49,493 nucleotides of DNA from an uncultured bacterium (GCA_964448115.1 CAYUVA010000036.1:1-49493); one strand, 5' to 3'; positions 1-12,200 are shown, numbered from the stretch's first letter. Notes: a model not told the origin generated them from the sequence alone. A program made the numbers and translations.

Positions 1-736
1 TGAAGACCTCAAAGGCGGGATTATCGTGGAATGGCAGCAAGTGTTTACCGAGTTTGTGCGCTGCGGTGGCTATCTTGACCAGGGCATTATCCTTGTGTGG
101 TATTGAGCCGTGCCCGGATTTACCTTTTGCCGTGATCTTGAGCCAACAGAATCCCTTGTGAGCCACCGCTATGGTATAGACTCTGCCCTTGCCGACCGGG
201 ATGGAGAATCCTCCGCCCTCGTTTATTGCCACGCCTGCTCTTAGCTTATCTGCGTGTTTATCCACCATGTAACCGGCACCGTACTTGCCACCGGTCTCCT
301 CATCGGCAAAGGCTGCGAATATGATATCGCGCTTCAGCTTCAAGCCTTGATCCTTGATCATCGAAAGGACGGTCATGATCATGGCGATCATTTGCTTCAT
401 ATCGAGCGCTCCCCTGCCGTAGATATAGCCGTCCTTTATCTGTCCGGAGAATGGGGGTACGCTCCAGCGATCCGCCTCGGCGGGGACGACATCGATATGC
501 CCGGAGAGGAGCAATGGAGCAGCATCTTGGTCGGCTTTTAAGCGAGCGACATAATTCCCCCTGGTTCGGGTAGATTTGATTACCTCGCCTGCAATACCCT
601 GCTCGGCGAGCTTTGCCTCGATGTACTCCGCGCAGGCTAGTTCCTTGCCCGGCGGGTTGCTGGTATCGAAGCGGATAAGCTCCTGCAGGTAGGTTACCGC
701 TCGTTGCTGATATTTTAACAATTCATCGTTTTCCAT
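1..736 (-). CDS. M20/M25/M40 family metallopeptidase (ArgE/DapE-like), partial, runs off the window start
   Basis: Not in the ORF track; translated by hand from ATG 736 (GGGAG RBS): MENDELLKYQQRAVTYLQELIRFDTSNPPGKE...LLLSGHIDVVPA...WSVPPFSG...YGRGALDMK...ADEETGG...INEGG...GHGS. These are the M20 metal-binding motifs. Confidence 0.93.
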   Translation of the reverse strand, partial: MENDELLKYQQRAVTYLQELIRFDTSNPPGKELACAEYIEAKLAEQGIAGEVIKSTRTRGNYVARLKADQDAAPLLLSGHIDVVPAEADRWSVPPFSGQIKDGYIYGRGALDMKQMIAMIMTVLSMIKDQGLKLKRDIIFAAFADEETGGKYGAGYMVDKHADKLRAGVAINEGGGFSIPVGKGRVYTIAVAHKGFCWLKITAKGKSGHGSIPHKDNALVKIATAAHKLGKHLLPFHDNPAFEVF

Positions 737-775
737 AATCAAGCTCCCTGGTTGGTTTTACATTGCAGGTCGTTA

Positions 776-2722
776 TTATGACTTATTTGGTCTAACTTTG
801 ACAGAGGCAATTAACAGTCCAAGGCAGCCGATCGCAAGCGCTACCAATGATAGCAGTACTGATGGTTGATCAGGCTTGAAAAGCCCGACACCGAGCACGA
901 TCAGAGCAGCGGCGATTATCCCCGCGATCGCCTCGCCGGCGATGAACCCGGAGGCTATAAGGACACCTTTGCTCTTTGCCTCATCTCGCTGGGCAGCGAG
1001 CCTATGAACGGCAAACGCTACCAGTCCGCCGATGGCTATGGGCGACGAAAGGCTCAAGGGAAGGTAGATTCCGACCGCTATGGGCATTACATGGAGGCGG
1101 AAGTTAGACTGTTTGAGTCGCAGTAACTCATCGCCAAGATGCAGCGCCAGTGCGATCCCTATGCCGATGAGCACCATTTTCACTGGCAGATCCCCCTCGC
1201 CGAAGATAGCCTGGGTCATGCCAGCAAACAGGCTGGCTTGCGGCGCCTTGAGCGCAGTCGGCGTGCCATCTCCGATACCGTAGGCATGATGCAACAAAGT
1301 TAGTATGGGAGCGATGACAACCGCCGGTATGGCTGCACCGATCACCTCAGCCCATTGCTGGGAGCGCGGCGTCGCCTGCACCAGGTGCCCGGTCTTCAGA
1401 TCCTGCGATATATCCCCCGCGGTGCAAGCAGCGCAGCAGACCAAGCCGGCAACCCCGAGCGTGGCAAGCATCCCCTCCACTCCGCGCATCCCGGCAAGAT
1501 AAAGGATGCCAGCGGTGAACAGCAGAGCGCAGATGGTCATGCCGGAAACCGGGCTGTTGGAGCTTCCCACAAGACCGACGATGTAGCTTGCCACCGCGGC
1601 GAAGAAAAAGGCTGCTACTACCATTATCAGGGTCGATAGCGCTCCGATGGATAGCGATGATGTGAAGCCGACATTTAGAACAAGTGAAAATATCGCCACC
1701 ACTGCCAGCATAATCAACAGTACTCGCGGGCTTATCGACCGGTTGATGCGAGCCAGGTAGATGCGGTGCTCCTCGCCGAACCTGCTGGGTGGTAGGGCAA
1801 GAACAGGCTCGTCCTCTTCGACTCGGCTGCTTCCCCTGTATCTGCTGAGCAGCTCCCCCAAGCCCTTGGCGATCCCCTTGCGCACCTTGAGTATAGATAC
1901 TATCCCTCCGATCAGCATGGCGCCGACCCCCATGTAGCGGATCTGGCTACTCCAGGTATCCCATGCGCGAGCCAGCGGATCGACATCCCTTATTGGTGAG
2001 AGAGCCTCAAAAATAGGGATGCCGATGAGCCAGCCGATGCAACCGCCCATGAAAACGAGCAGGGCGATGTTGAAGCCGACTATGTACCCTACGCCAAGAA
2101 GCGCCAGCGAGATATCGGTGCCGATGTAAAACAGGCTCTTTTGCACCCTGAAGGCGTGCTCGAGGGTCCCCTTGAGCAATCCGAAGCTGGTGATCAGGAA
2201 CTTGATCGCCATGCCGGCAATGGAAGCGAACAGGATGTAGAATAATCCCACCCCTCTTTCTTCGCCGGTCTTGAGCACCTCTGCGCAGGCGACCCCCTCC
2301 GGGTAGATAAGGTCGCGATCCTCGACTATGAGCGCCCTGCGCAGCGGAATCATGAACAGAACGCCGAGCAATCCGCCAAATACAGCGATCAATGTAGTGG
2401 GGATGAACTTGAACTCCTGCCAGGCGCCGACCAGCACCAGTGCCGGCACGGTGAATATGATCCCAGCGGCGAGCGACTCCCCGGTGGAGGCTATGGTCTG
2501 GACTATGTTGTTCTCCAGGATTGTGCCCCTGCGCAGCACTCCCCGCAGGATGCCCATGGAGATCACCGCTGCCGGGATGCTGGCGCTGATCGTCATGCCA
2601 GCGTACAAGCCGAGATAGGTATTGGCTGCGGTCATTACCAGAGCCAGCATTATGCCGAGTATTATGGCAACTGGGGTAAACTCGCTGACCGGCGGAGCAA
2701 TCCTTTTATTCTTCGAGCGCAA
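776..2722 (-). CDS. Oligopeptide transporter, OPT family
   Basis: 648 aa polytopic protein with NTYLGLYAGMT, ENNIVQT, YPEGVACAEVL, SNSPVSGM and QDLKTGHL motifs. Confidence 0.95.
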   Translation of the reverse strand: MRSKNKRIAPPVSEFTPVAIILGIMLALVMTAANTYLGLYAGMTISASIPAAVISMGILRGVLRRGTILENNIVQTIASTGESLAAGIIFTVPALVLVGAWQEFKFIPTTLIAVFGGLLGVLFMIPLRRALIVEDRDLIYPEGVACAEVLKTGEERGVGLFYILFASIAGMAIKFLITSFGLLKGTLEHAFRVQKSLFYIGTDISLALLGVGYIVGFNIALLVFMGGCIGWLIGIPIFEALSPIRDVDPLARAWDTWSSQIRYMGVGAMLIGGIVSILKVRKGIAKGLGELLSRYRGSSRVEEDEPVLALPPSRFGEEHRIYLARINRSISPRVLLIMLAVVAIFSLVLNVGFTSSLSIGALSTLIMVVAAFFFAAVASYIVGLVGSSNSPVSGMTICALLFTAGILYLAGMRGVEGMLATLGVAGLVCCAACTAGDISQDLKTGHLVQATPRSQQWAEVIGAAIPAVVIAPILTLLHHAYGIGDGTPTALKAPQASLFAGMTQAIFGEGDLPVKMVLIGIGIALALHLGDELLRLKQSNFRLHVMPIAVGIYLPLSLSSPIAIGGLVAFAVHRLAAQRDEAKSKGVLIASGFIAGEAIAGIIAAALIVLGVGLFKPDQPSVLLSLVALAIGCLGLLIASVKVRPNKS

Positions 2723-2731
2723 AGCCTTATC

Positions 2732-3262
2732 TTAGTAATCCAGATCCAGGTTGATATTCCCCTTTGTATCCATAGAGAACATCTTCTTGTAGTGCACGGT
2801 GAAAAGGTGCATCTCCTTGTCTGGATTGCCCCATATCTTCTTTATGTTGGCGATGAATACGGTATGGTCTCCCGTCTCGACCTGCTGGACCACGTCGCAC
2901 TCGAAGGCTACGGTTGAATCAGCCAGAATCGGCGGTTTTACATGCTCGGAGTCCTTGAGTGCAAAGCCAGTCGCCTTGACCTTGTCGGTTTCCCTTCCAG
3001 AGACCTTGCCGCAGAGCCAGGCGCCCTTTGCCATCTCCTCGGAGGGGAAATTGAGCGTGAACTGGGGCAGGTGCTTCAGGCACTGATATGAGTACCGGGC
3101 GTGTCCTACCGAGATCATCAGCATCTGTGGATCCCAAGATACGATTGACCACCACGCAATCCCGATAATGTTCGGCTTGCCGCTTTTATCGAGCGATACC
3201 GCCAGCGTGTAAGGATACGGTGAACAACTTGTAATGGCTTGGTCCCAGTTGAATTCTCTCAT
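2732..3262 (-). CDS. Flavin reductase family protein (flavoredoxin-like)
   Basis: PNII...SWDP...CGKVSGRETDK...FEC...GDHTVF; AAGGAGG RBS. Confidence 0.9.
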   Translation of the reverse strand: MREFNWDQAITSCSPYPYTLAVSLDKSGKPNIIGIAWWSIVSWDPQMLMISVGHARYSYQCLKHLPQFTLNFPSEEMAKGAWLCGKVSGRETDKVKATGFALKDSEHVKPPILADSTVAFECDVVQQVETGDHTVFIANIKKIWGNPDKEMHLFTVHYKKMFSMDTKGNINLDLDY

Positions 3263-3383
3263 CGAGTTACCTCCTTAGTTATTGTATCATATATCTACTT
3301 AAGATAGCCTTCCACAGATTTCGATGTCAAGGTTCACCTGATAATTGCCCAACCATCTTATCGAAGCGATAGCATGATAATTG

Positions 3384-3398
3384 TGGTATATTTAGACT
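3384..3398 (+). promoter_or_regulatory. Putative extended -10 promoter (TGGTATATT) 6 nt upstream of the flippase ATG; leaderless-type arrangement
   Basis: TG 3384-3385, TATATT 3387-3392, ATG 3399, no Shine-Dalgarno between. Confidence 0.4.
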
Positions 3399-4718
3399 AT
3401 GAGCCAGGCGCAGGATCTCGATGGAATAGCGAAGGACACGCTGATCAAGGATAGCACCATCCTGTTCATCGCCACCATGTCGGCGAATGTCTCTTATTAT
3501 ATCTTTCATATATTCATGAGCCGGGAGCTTGGTCCGAATGGCTATGGGATATTAAACGCCTTGCTTACCCTTCTGCTGGTTATTGGCATCCCGTTAAATA
3601 CCACCCAGACGATCATCGCCAAGTATGTCTCCATGTTCTATGCCCGCAGCGAGTATCGCAAGATAACCTACCTAATTAAGGCTTTTGCCTTCAGATTCTT
3701 GATCCTAGGCATCATTGGATTTTTCATCTTCAGTCTTGCATCCGGTTGGATATCCTCCTTTTTCCATATCGGTTCTCTGGTGCCAGTAATTTTGTTGGGG
3801 GTAACATTGTTCATCTCTTTATATTTGCCGCTTGGGCTCGGTGTCCTGCAGGGATTGGGTAGGTTCTATAGCTTCGGTATGGGCATTTTTCTTCAGGCTT
3901 TTTTACGCCTTTTGTTCGGAGTAACCCTTGCCCTGATGAGCCTTGGCGTCAATGGTGCAATGAGCGGTGTGGCATTGGCAGCGCTGGTTACATTGATCGT
4001 CATATTCTCATTCTTCATCCGTTCAAGTCATGGCTACTCCATGCATGCTTATCCACAGAAGCGAGGCAGAGAACACAAGGAGGCGATCGGGCTGCACCTT
4101 CAACAAAAAGATATCCAGGACTTCTTCGGTGCTGCGCTGATTACTTTGGTATGCTTTGGGATAATTACCAATATAGACATCCTGGTAGTCAAGCACTTTT
4201 TCAGTGGCATTCAAGCCGGGTATTACTCGGCGGCATCGATGGTGGGGCGAGGTCTTATCTTTCTTTGTACCGCTATCTCAATGGCAATGTTTCCTAAGAT
4301 ATCCGCTTGCGTATCGCTGAAGCAGAAACCTCATGGTTTGCTATTAAAGAGCCTGGCATTGGCTGTTCTTTCCCTGGCGGCTGGCATCGCGATATGCTGG
4401 CATTTCCCGGACAAGATAGCTTTAATCTTCGGGGAGAACTTCCTACCAGCAGTTCCCTATTTCAGGGCTTTTCCCATTGCAGTATCTCCGGTTGCTATTG
4501 CCTTCGTGCTGATAAATTACATAATGGCAAACAAATTCAAAGGATATCTTTATGTAATTCTATTAGGCGCTATTTTACATATCTCCCTATTGTCATTGTT
4601 CCATCAGACCCTGATGCAGGTGATAACTATCGTCGGTATTACCGGCACGGCGGTTTTGCTTGGATACCTGTTGTATTTATGGTGGGTAACTAGGCGAGGT
4701 GCTAGGGATGATTTGTAG
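3399..4718 (+). CDS. Oligosaccharide flippase family protein (Wzx/MOP superfamily)
   Basis: ~12 hydrophobic segments; MSRELGPNGYG, GVLQGLGRF, DILVVKHFF, AGYYSAA, MFPKI motifs. Confidence 0.88.
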   Translation: MSQAQDLDGIAKDTLIKDSTILFIATMSANVSYYIFHIFMSRELGPNGYGILNALLTLLLVIGIPLNTTQTIIAKYVSMFYARSEYRKITYLIKAFAFRFLILGIIGFFIFSLASGWISSFFHIGSLVPVILLGVTLFISLYLPLGLGVLQGLGRFYSFGMGIFLQAFLRLLFGVTLALMSLGVNGAMSGVALAALVTLIVIFSFFIRSSHGYSMHAYPQKRGREHKEAIGLHLQQKDIQDFFGAALITLVCFGIITNIDILVVKHFFSGIQAGYYSAASMVGRGLIFLCTAISMAMFPKISACVSLKQKPHGLLLKSLALAVLSLAAGIAICWHFPDKIALIFGENFLPAVPYFRAFPIAVSPVAIAFVLINYIMANKFKGYLYVILLGAILHISLLSLFHQTLMQVITIVGITGTAVLLGYLLYLWWVTRRGARDDL

Positions 4719-4754
4719 CCAGAAGATAAAGATTCTGCATCTTGATAATGCTTA

Positions 4755-5489
4755 TCAAGCTCTCTGGTAGGCTTTTGAGAGAACCTTTTGCTCTTTGGGT
4801 GGGAAAACGGGGAGGATCTCCTTGAACAGTGTGATGTTTATCTTGTTGATATTATCCATCACGAACTCCCTTCCTCGCATGGCATCGACCCGGATAGCCT
4901 CCTTTAAGGCTCGCCCGGTCGCCTTGCGTACATTCGCCTCCTTGTCTCCCAGAAGGATCTTGGCGATGGAGTAGCAAAATGTCGGGTCTGGCTCCGATTG
5001 TCTCAAGAATGGCAGGGTTGAAATTATGGCAAGTCTCCGGTGCCAGGGGTCTTCTGCATCTGCCAGCTCCTCAAGCCGGAAGTGGCGCTGGGGATGGGCG
5101 ACGACATTCTTACCGACTACCTCGATGCCAAGAATATCGCAACCCTCAGAATCGACCAGGTACATGATCCAACGCTCCAGGACATTCCAGGAGAGCTTTT
5201 CGATCATATTGGGGAACATGCCCAGAATATAGATCCCAGTTATCCGATGCTCCCTTACCAGGCTTGTCCATAGCTTATCGACCAACTGCAATGTGAACTG
5301 CTCATCAAGGCGATGTCGATTTATGCGCACGAACTCGGTGGCTATCTCCTTTAGCTTTCGCTGCTTTATCCCATAGAAGGTTAATGGTGATGGGATCTCT
5401 TCCTTGAGAGCCTGCGCATAGCCCTCATCGATGAACTTGATCAGGTTTGCGTCGATGAGTCCGACCGCTTTTTCAACACTTGGATTCAA
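4755..5489 (-). CDS. DNA alkylation repair protein (AlkD-like HEAT-repeat family)
   Basis: YGIKQRKLK, LW..VREHR, W.RRLAIISTL, NVRKATGRALKE match the AlkD-like pattern. Confidence 0.8.
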   Translation of the reverse strand: MNPSVEKAVGLIDANLIKFIDEGYAQALKEEIPSPLTFYGIKQRKLKEIATEFVRINRHRLDEQFTLQLVDKLWTSLVREHRITGIYILGMFPNMIEKLSWNVLERWIMYLVDSEGCDILGIEVVGKNVVAHPQRHFRLEELADAEDPWHRRLAIISTLPFLRQSEPDPTFCYSIAKILLGDKEANVRKATGRALKEAIRVDAMRGREFVMDNINKINITLFKEILPVFPPKEQKVLSKAYQRA

Positions 5490-5631
5490 GGTTTTCCTGA
5501 CCTATCTATACACGGTATATCATCCAGGCAGTTCACCAGAATTTGACAGACTTTAGCACCAGTATTTTAATCCTTCTTTTTTGAAAATACTTTGACTGCG
5601 TCTTGGCTCTGGCAGGCAAATGAATTTATGG

Positions 5632-6132
5632 TTATTCCTTGTCTTTTGGAGCCTTTTCCTGGAGCTGCTCGATCAGCCTCTCCATCTCGGTCTTGACCGT
5701 TGTGGCTTGAAGCTCTGCCTTGCCGTTGGATCTTTTGATCACATCCTCCAGCACCACGATGCTCTGCTTGAGATTCTGCACCTCGGCATTATACGCACCA
5801 CCGCCGATCTTTGTCTCTAAAATGGTGATGTCTTTTTCGATGTTATCGAGCCTTTTTTCGATCTCTACCACCTTCTCGGTAAAGTAATCGAAGTTCTCGC
5901 TGACCGCGGGAAGGTACTTAAGGATGTAAATAAAGCACACCAGCGATAGGATAAGGGCTACTCCGGCAACGGTGGTTATCCATCTTCCGCCCTTCTTGTA
6001 TTGATAGTACTGTCCCTCGTGCTCGTATTCCATGGTTTTTGATTTCTCATCGAACGATGGCTTCTTGATCCCCTCTGGATCCTGGGTCTTGGCTTCTTCC
6101 CGTGTGGTTTCTTTTTTGTCTTTCTCGGTCAT
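5632..6132 (-). CDS. Hypothetical single-pass membrane protein with C-terminal coiled coil
   Basis: ATG 6132 has an AGGAGG RBS (ORF track extends to 6198). One TM segment (WITTVAGVALILSLVCFIYIL) followed by heptad-rich sequence. Confidence 0.7.
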   Translation of the reverse strand: MTEKDKKETTREEAKTQDPEGIKKPSFDEKSKTMEYEHEGQYYQYKKGGRWITTVAGVALILSLVCFIYILKYLPAVSENFDYFTEKVVEIEKRLDNIEKDITILETKIGGGAYNAEVQNLKQSIVVLEDVIKRSNGKAELQATTVKTEMERLIEQLQEKAPKDKE

Positions 6133-6258
6133 TCTATTAACCTCCTGAGGTTTTTCTTTCCTGGATATCCAGTGCAGGTTTCCAGGTACTTTCAACAATC
6201 GATCAACATTGTATAGAAAGCAGTTCGATTTTTAAATGATTTAAATGCTCCTATGGTT

Positions 6259-9200
6259 CTATTCCCATATATTAAGATAGGGATACATGCCGGACTGTGC
6301 GCCGTCGGTTTGGAATGCCCTTAATTCTAGAATTGCTCTTAATGGCGATATTCCCGCCTCAATGGGAGCGTATAATCCATAAACGCAATCTCCAGGCGCC
6401 CAGTCTCCTGAAGAGCCATTATCGAGCAGAAGCACACCGGTACCCTGACCGCCGAAGTATATCTCCAGCGAGCTGATATCATCACAACCACCGCCTATGG
6501 AATCTAGCGGAATGGCCAGCATGTTGAAGACGCCCCCCTCTGGCGTAGTTACCAACGTATCCCAGTATCCACCGGCTAGTATAAAGGGAACTGACTGCTT
6601 GCTCGTTCCCTCATATCCAGTTCCATTTAGAACCTCGGAGTAGTTGACTAGCCAATCGTATCTTGCAGTGTCAAGCACCTCGAATGCCTGATAGGAGGCG
6701 CTGGGTCCATAGATATCGAAGTAGGGCCAGGTGTAGGAATTACCGTAGCTATCCTCAGCGGTCATCTCCACCAGGTAATCACCTGCCGGAGTCCCCGGAG
6801 GCAGCCCGGTGAATGAGACCATGTACAGGTTATCCCCGGCAGCGATATCTCCCATAGTGCCATCATCGTAAAGGAATATACCTGTACCCATGCCGCCGAC
6901 AGTCAGCTCGACATGCTCCACCTCCGGTCGGCAAAGCGCTGCCAAGGTGATGCTGCCACCGGCGCTTTGAGAGATGTAGCTGGTCAGGTATCCGCCGAGC
7001 ATGATCAAAGGCTTTGGCTGATAGTTGTTATCGAAGCTCACCGCATCGCTGACCGCCTGATTCTGTGCCGTATCCTTGGAGTAAACCGTGTATTGGTAGC
7101 TCTTGAACGGGCTGAGGTTGTACAGGTAAGCGGTGTGATTGAGATCCACCTCCATATCTGCCATGAATAGGTCGTCGATGTTATCATAAAGACTCACATA
7201 CCCGTGGCTCAACTGATCGGTCGTCCATTCCAACCTGGCCAGATAAGGGGACAGATGGGTCATTGCCTGGTAGGTGATGCCAGGCTCGGTAATATCCGGC
7301 TCGATCTGGGTGGAAACCGAGTAAACCACGGTCTGTCGCTCCTGGCGGTTCAGGTTCCTGGCAACTATCTGGTAGTAATAATCGGTGCCAATGTCGAGGT
7401 CGGTCAGGGAGACGAAGTGCTTGTATGAGTAGCCGAAATCGTGCTTCATAAACTCCATATTGGAAGTCTTGCCGTAGTAAACACACGCTGTAGTCAATTG
7501 ATCAGTGGTAAACTGGATGGTAACCGTGCGGTTGCTAGCATCGACCCTGATCTTGTTCACATCGATATTGGGAGCTGCCTTGCTATTAGTAGAGCTTGTG
7601 GTAAAGGTATCCAACGGCAGGCTGCTTCCGGTACCGGCAACCTTTGAGGAGGCGACATTGCCCGAAACATCAACCGACTCTATCCAGTACTGGTAGGTGG
7701 TGCCCGGTTCCAACTGGGTCAGTGTAACTGCATGTTCGGTGCGCAAGCCTAAGATGGCGAACTGGTGAACCGCCTCGGAGCCTTGCTTGGCTAGGTAAAC
7801 CGTGGATGAGGAAGGCTCATCGGTCTGCCAGTAAACCAGGCAGCTATCGCTATCCAGTTGCATTATCTCAGCAGCGGCAATGATCACTGGCGCGGAGACA
7901 TCCGGCGCGCTCAACGCCTTGAAGTAAAGCGGTTCGTTGAACTCAAGCGGATTGCCATCATAATCGGTGCCACCGATGGAGACCTGGTAAGTGCTTCCAG
8001 GAGTAAGCGAGCCGACCGCGGTGATATGCCGTTTGCTCAGGGAACTGTCCGTAATGCCAAAGGCTTCCTTGCCCGATGATATGCCGGATACGCTCGCATT
8101 GGTAACCCGGTCGGTGTACCAATAGAAGTAGGCTGTATCTTCTGTCTGAGCGATCACAAGTGGACCCACCAAGGGCAATGGTCGCGAGTTCTTGGGCGCT
8201 GATAGGGTCTTGAAGTAGATCCGCTGCGCACTGGTATTCCTGCTATCCGAGTCGGTTACGGTTACATCGAGATAATACCTGGTATCTGGAGCCAGGTCGC
8301 CTAAGGTGATCAGCATATCGCAATCGTACATGGTGGTAGTATGCACTTCTTTGTCGCTGGCGCTTTCTGTGCCATAAGTCAGCGTTGCCAAGGTCGGCTC
8401 ATCGGTAACCAGATAGACAAGCGCCTTGTTTGGTCCCACATCGACTATCTTGGGTCCCTCGATGATGGCGGGTGCAAAGTCCCTGTTTTGATAAGTAGTG
8501 AAGGAACGGCTAGCGCTGGTAACCGACTGGGAAAGCTCATCAGTACCTCCTACTGTATAACTGTATGTCATTCCCGGAGTTAGGCTTCCCTCGATTGCCA
8601 GGTGATGATCGCAAACGAGTTCCTCATCCGACACGGTCTCCTTGGTGCCCTTTGCTGATTGATATTCGACAATGCTAGTAGTCGGGCGATCCGTTCTCCA
8701 CCTGAAGACGGCGGTGGTCTTATCGTAGATCACTATTGGTCCATCAATAATCATAGGCGGTCCTAACAGCGGTCCTGGAGTCGGCGTGGCTGATCCTGTC
8801 GGTGTATGGGTCGGATGCCCTGAAGGGGTAACTGTTGGCGTCATGGTGGGGGTGCTCGTTGGACTCATGTATTCTGTGGGCGTAGGAGTCTTTGTCGGCG
8901 TATATGATGGCGTTGCGGTCGGTATCTGGGTGGGAGTATGAGTCGGGCTGGGAGGATTGGTCGCCGTGTTTGTCGGCGTGCGGGTCGGCGTGGCGGTCGG
9001 GGTATCTGTTGCCTGAGCCAGGGCATAGACCTTGTAGTCGCGAGAACCGAAGTAAACCACCCGCTGGGCGCCAAGCGCAGGGGAGCTGCGTATCCTTGCC
9101 GAGGCAGCGAAGCTCCACAGCAGGCTGCCGTCGCTATTCAGGCAATACATGATGCCGTTGTCAGCCCCGAAATAAACCCTTGCTTGCGAATCGACCGAGG

Positions 9201-12200
9201 GGGATGAATAGATATCCGCACCGGCGTCGAAGCTCCACTGATATATACCGGTGGAGCCGAGCTTATATAGATTGTCATCCAAGGAAGCAAAGTAAACCGA
9301 TCCATCCGGCGCCAGTGCTACCGATGTCTTGACCTCGCCGTAAGTAGGATAGCTCCAATATAACGAGCCATCAGAGTTCAAGGCATAGACATTGTTGTCA
9401 TCAGAGCCGAAGAAGATTTTCCCCTGCTTATTTGCTGTTATAGCGCTTGCAACCGGTCCCCCGGTTGGGTAGCTCCAAGCCAGGCTGCCATCGCTGTTTA
9501 AGCAATAAACCTTGTTGTCATCGGATCCGAACAGGATGTAGCTGCCGGATATGCACGGGGCGCCGCGCACCGCTCCCCCAGTTGTGTAGCTCCATTGCAA
9601 GCCCTTGGCGCTGTCGATGCAGTAGAGACGGTTGGCTTCGCTTCCGACATAAGCCCTGCCGTTGCTGGCGACCACCGGCGCAGTGGTGATGGAGGATTGC
9701 AGGTCATAGGAATAAACCAGGCTTCCTGCCTTATCGACTACATACAGCTTATTATCCGAGGATCCGAACCAAACATTGCCATCATCAGCCAGGGCGGGTG
9801 CGCCGATGATATCGCCCCCGGTAGGATAGCTCCAGCGCATGGTACCATCAACATTTAGCGCATACAGCTTATCATCATTGGAGCCGACATAAAGCCCCTT
9901 GAAGCGATCAGCGATAGCCACTGAGCTATCCACCCAGTAGCTGGTGGAGAAACTCCATCCCAAGGTCATTATCTCCACGCCCTCATAGGGGCTGGTGCCG
10001 CGATGAGCGCGATCCCTTTGCAGGTAAGGCCATTGTGTCTCGCCGGGATAATGATACCCCATGTCAACCGTCCCTCTATCCAACACACCGTCTTTGCGGG
10101 TTGCATAGTCGTAAACAAAGGTCGCAGAGGATGCCTGCCTCCCTGCATCGACGCACATACTGGTTACGGGATCGCCTGCCTCCCAGTTCATAAGGTAAAA
10201 GCTCCCCAAGGGACCGGCTACATATAAGGGATCGACCATGATATTCCCGTTTATGCCGGTCTGATCGGGCAAAGCACCACCATAATTGGAAGGCACATTG
10301 TTGGACATGTTGTTATGATAGACCTCCGGCAGGCTAGAGGAGTTCTGTGCATAAAATGCTCCCATGCCGCTGTTATTGGAGGCTATATTGTTCTCCAAGA
10401 GCGAGGTTGAGGGGTCGCCTACATAGATAGCGCTTCCCTTTGGAGCATTGTTTGAATCAAAGGTGTTGTTGCGCACGGTTACATCGCTGCCATCGGCTAT
10501 ATTCAGTCCCCCCCCTCCGAAGGATGCCTGATTGTTGGTGATCAGGTTGTTCTCGATGATAAAGAAGCCATCCCTGATATCTATGCCGCTGCCAGAGACT
10601 CCACCGGTGTTGTTGGTAATGAAGCAGTTTCTTATGACCCCATCAGCATGGTTTATCTCGATACCCTTGGTGCCATTGGTTACCTTGAGGCTATCGATGT
10701 TGACATTGTTCAAGTTCTGAATGACTATGGTCGGCCCGATGGAGCTTCCCTGTACCTCGGAGATATTATTAAACGGATCTTTCACCCATGAGCGTCCATC
10801 ATAAGCCCCCTCGATGGTGATATTAGACTTGAAGATGAAGAGGCGCTCGCTATACAAGCCGCCAGCAACATGAATGCGGTCATAAGGATTAGCTACCCCC
10901 AGGGCAGAAGATATGAGACGATAAGGATGATCCGCAGAGCCGTCCTCGTAGCCGGTATTGCTGTCATCGACATACCATATAGTAAAGACAGGAGTGGGAG
11001 TCGAGGTCGGCGTGTTGGTAACCGTCGGGGTCGATGTCGGCGTAGGCGAGACATAATCGGTCGGGGTTGCCGTTGCCGTAGGCGGAATAACATAGCAGTT
11101 GATCTCCTGGCTGTAAAAGCTCTCCTTGCCAGAGCTATCATAGGTTGTGGCTGCGATATAGTAGATATGACCACCGGGTACATCCTCCCAAAGATAGCCG
11201 CTAACATTGCCCACATCTATCGGCGAGCCTTGACCGTCATAAGGATGACCGCTCTGGTCAGTATCGAAGTAGATCTTGAATCCAGCAATATCGGGAGCGA
11301 TCGGCACATCCCAGCGCATGGTTATATCATCGCCGATTGGATTGGCGTAGAAGTTGACCGGCTCCGGGGGCATGGCATCTACCGCCGCGGTGTCGAGATA
11401 GGGATCATAAGTAACAGTTCCCTTAGCGGGATTATCAACGCTGTGATAAATAGCATCCTCTATTTGGGCTGGATCCGCCGTGCCCCACCAGTTGAAGGTA
11501 GCGGTGAGATCGCTTGTGGAGTTGTTGTAGAACTGAGCGTATTGATTGCCCAAGATATTGTTGTTGGCAAAATTACCCAGTGAATTTCCCTCGAATACTA
11601 TCCCCCCAACGATCCCCTGGTTGTAAACGATGTTGTTAAGCTCGATATTCAAACCATCGCCGGTAATGAATAATCCAGAGCCTCCCGCGGTGATAGTTGT
11701 ATTGTGAGCGATGTAGTTGCCGATTAGGCTTCCCTTCTCAAGGTAAAGACCTCCACCTCGTGAATGTGCTGAGTTATGGCATATATAGTTATCGAAAATG
11801 GAGGGATTGGAGGGGCTGACAGCCGAGATTCCGCCACCACTGCCGCCAATGTAGTTATACAAAATATAGTTATTCTCGATATTTGGCGCTCCGTGATTGG
11901 CTACTATGATCCCGGAGTTGTCGTTGTTGACAATCAGGTTTTCTTGAATGTTAGGCTGAGCAAAGTTGGAGACCAGTACCCCCGCACCATGGCAATTATC
12001 CATCAGGTTATCCCGGATCAACGGCATCGCATAGTTTCCCTCCACCTGGATGCCATTGCCTGTGCTGGTAAGATCGATAAATAGATTTGACAACACCTGC
12101 GGTGAGGCGTTGTTTATATAAATTCCCGCATAGACATGATAGCCAGAGAAAAGATTTTCTTTGATCTTGGGCAACGAGGAGCCTTCGATGTAGATTCCGC

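Noticed and set aside
8765-9005. Repetitive GTCGG/GGCGT DNA here and at 10985-11085 and 25275-25510 as a possible CRISPR or VNTR
   Set aside because: Explained by Pro/Thr codons in protein linkers; there are no fixed-length identical repeats with spacers.
10021-10032. Internal WPYL in the giant protein
   Set aside because: It is part of the WPxxxxDxxHxG lead-in typical of PQQ-like propellers and lacks the upstream GGY domain, so it is not a fifth copy.
10870-11583. Long antisense ORFs in the track (e.g. 10870-11583, 12978-13544, 19728-20444, 34372-34869)
   Set aside because: They are shadow frames opposite well-supported genes, with no motifs or RBS.
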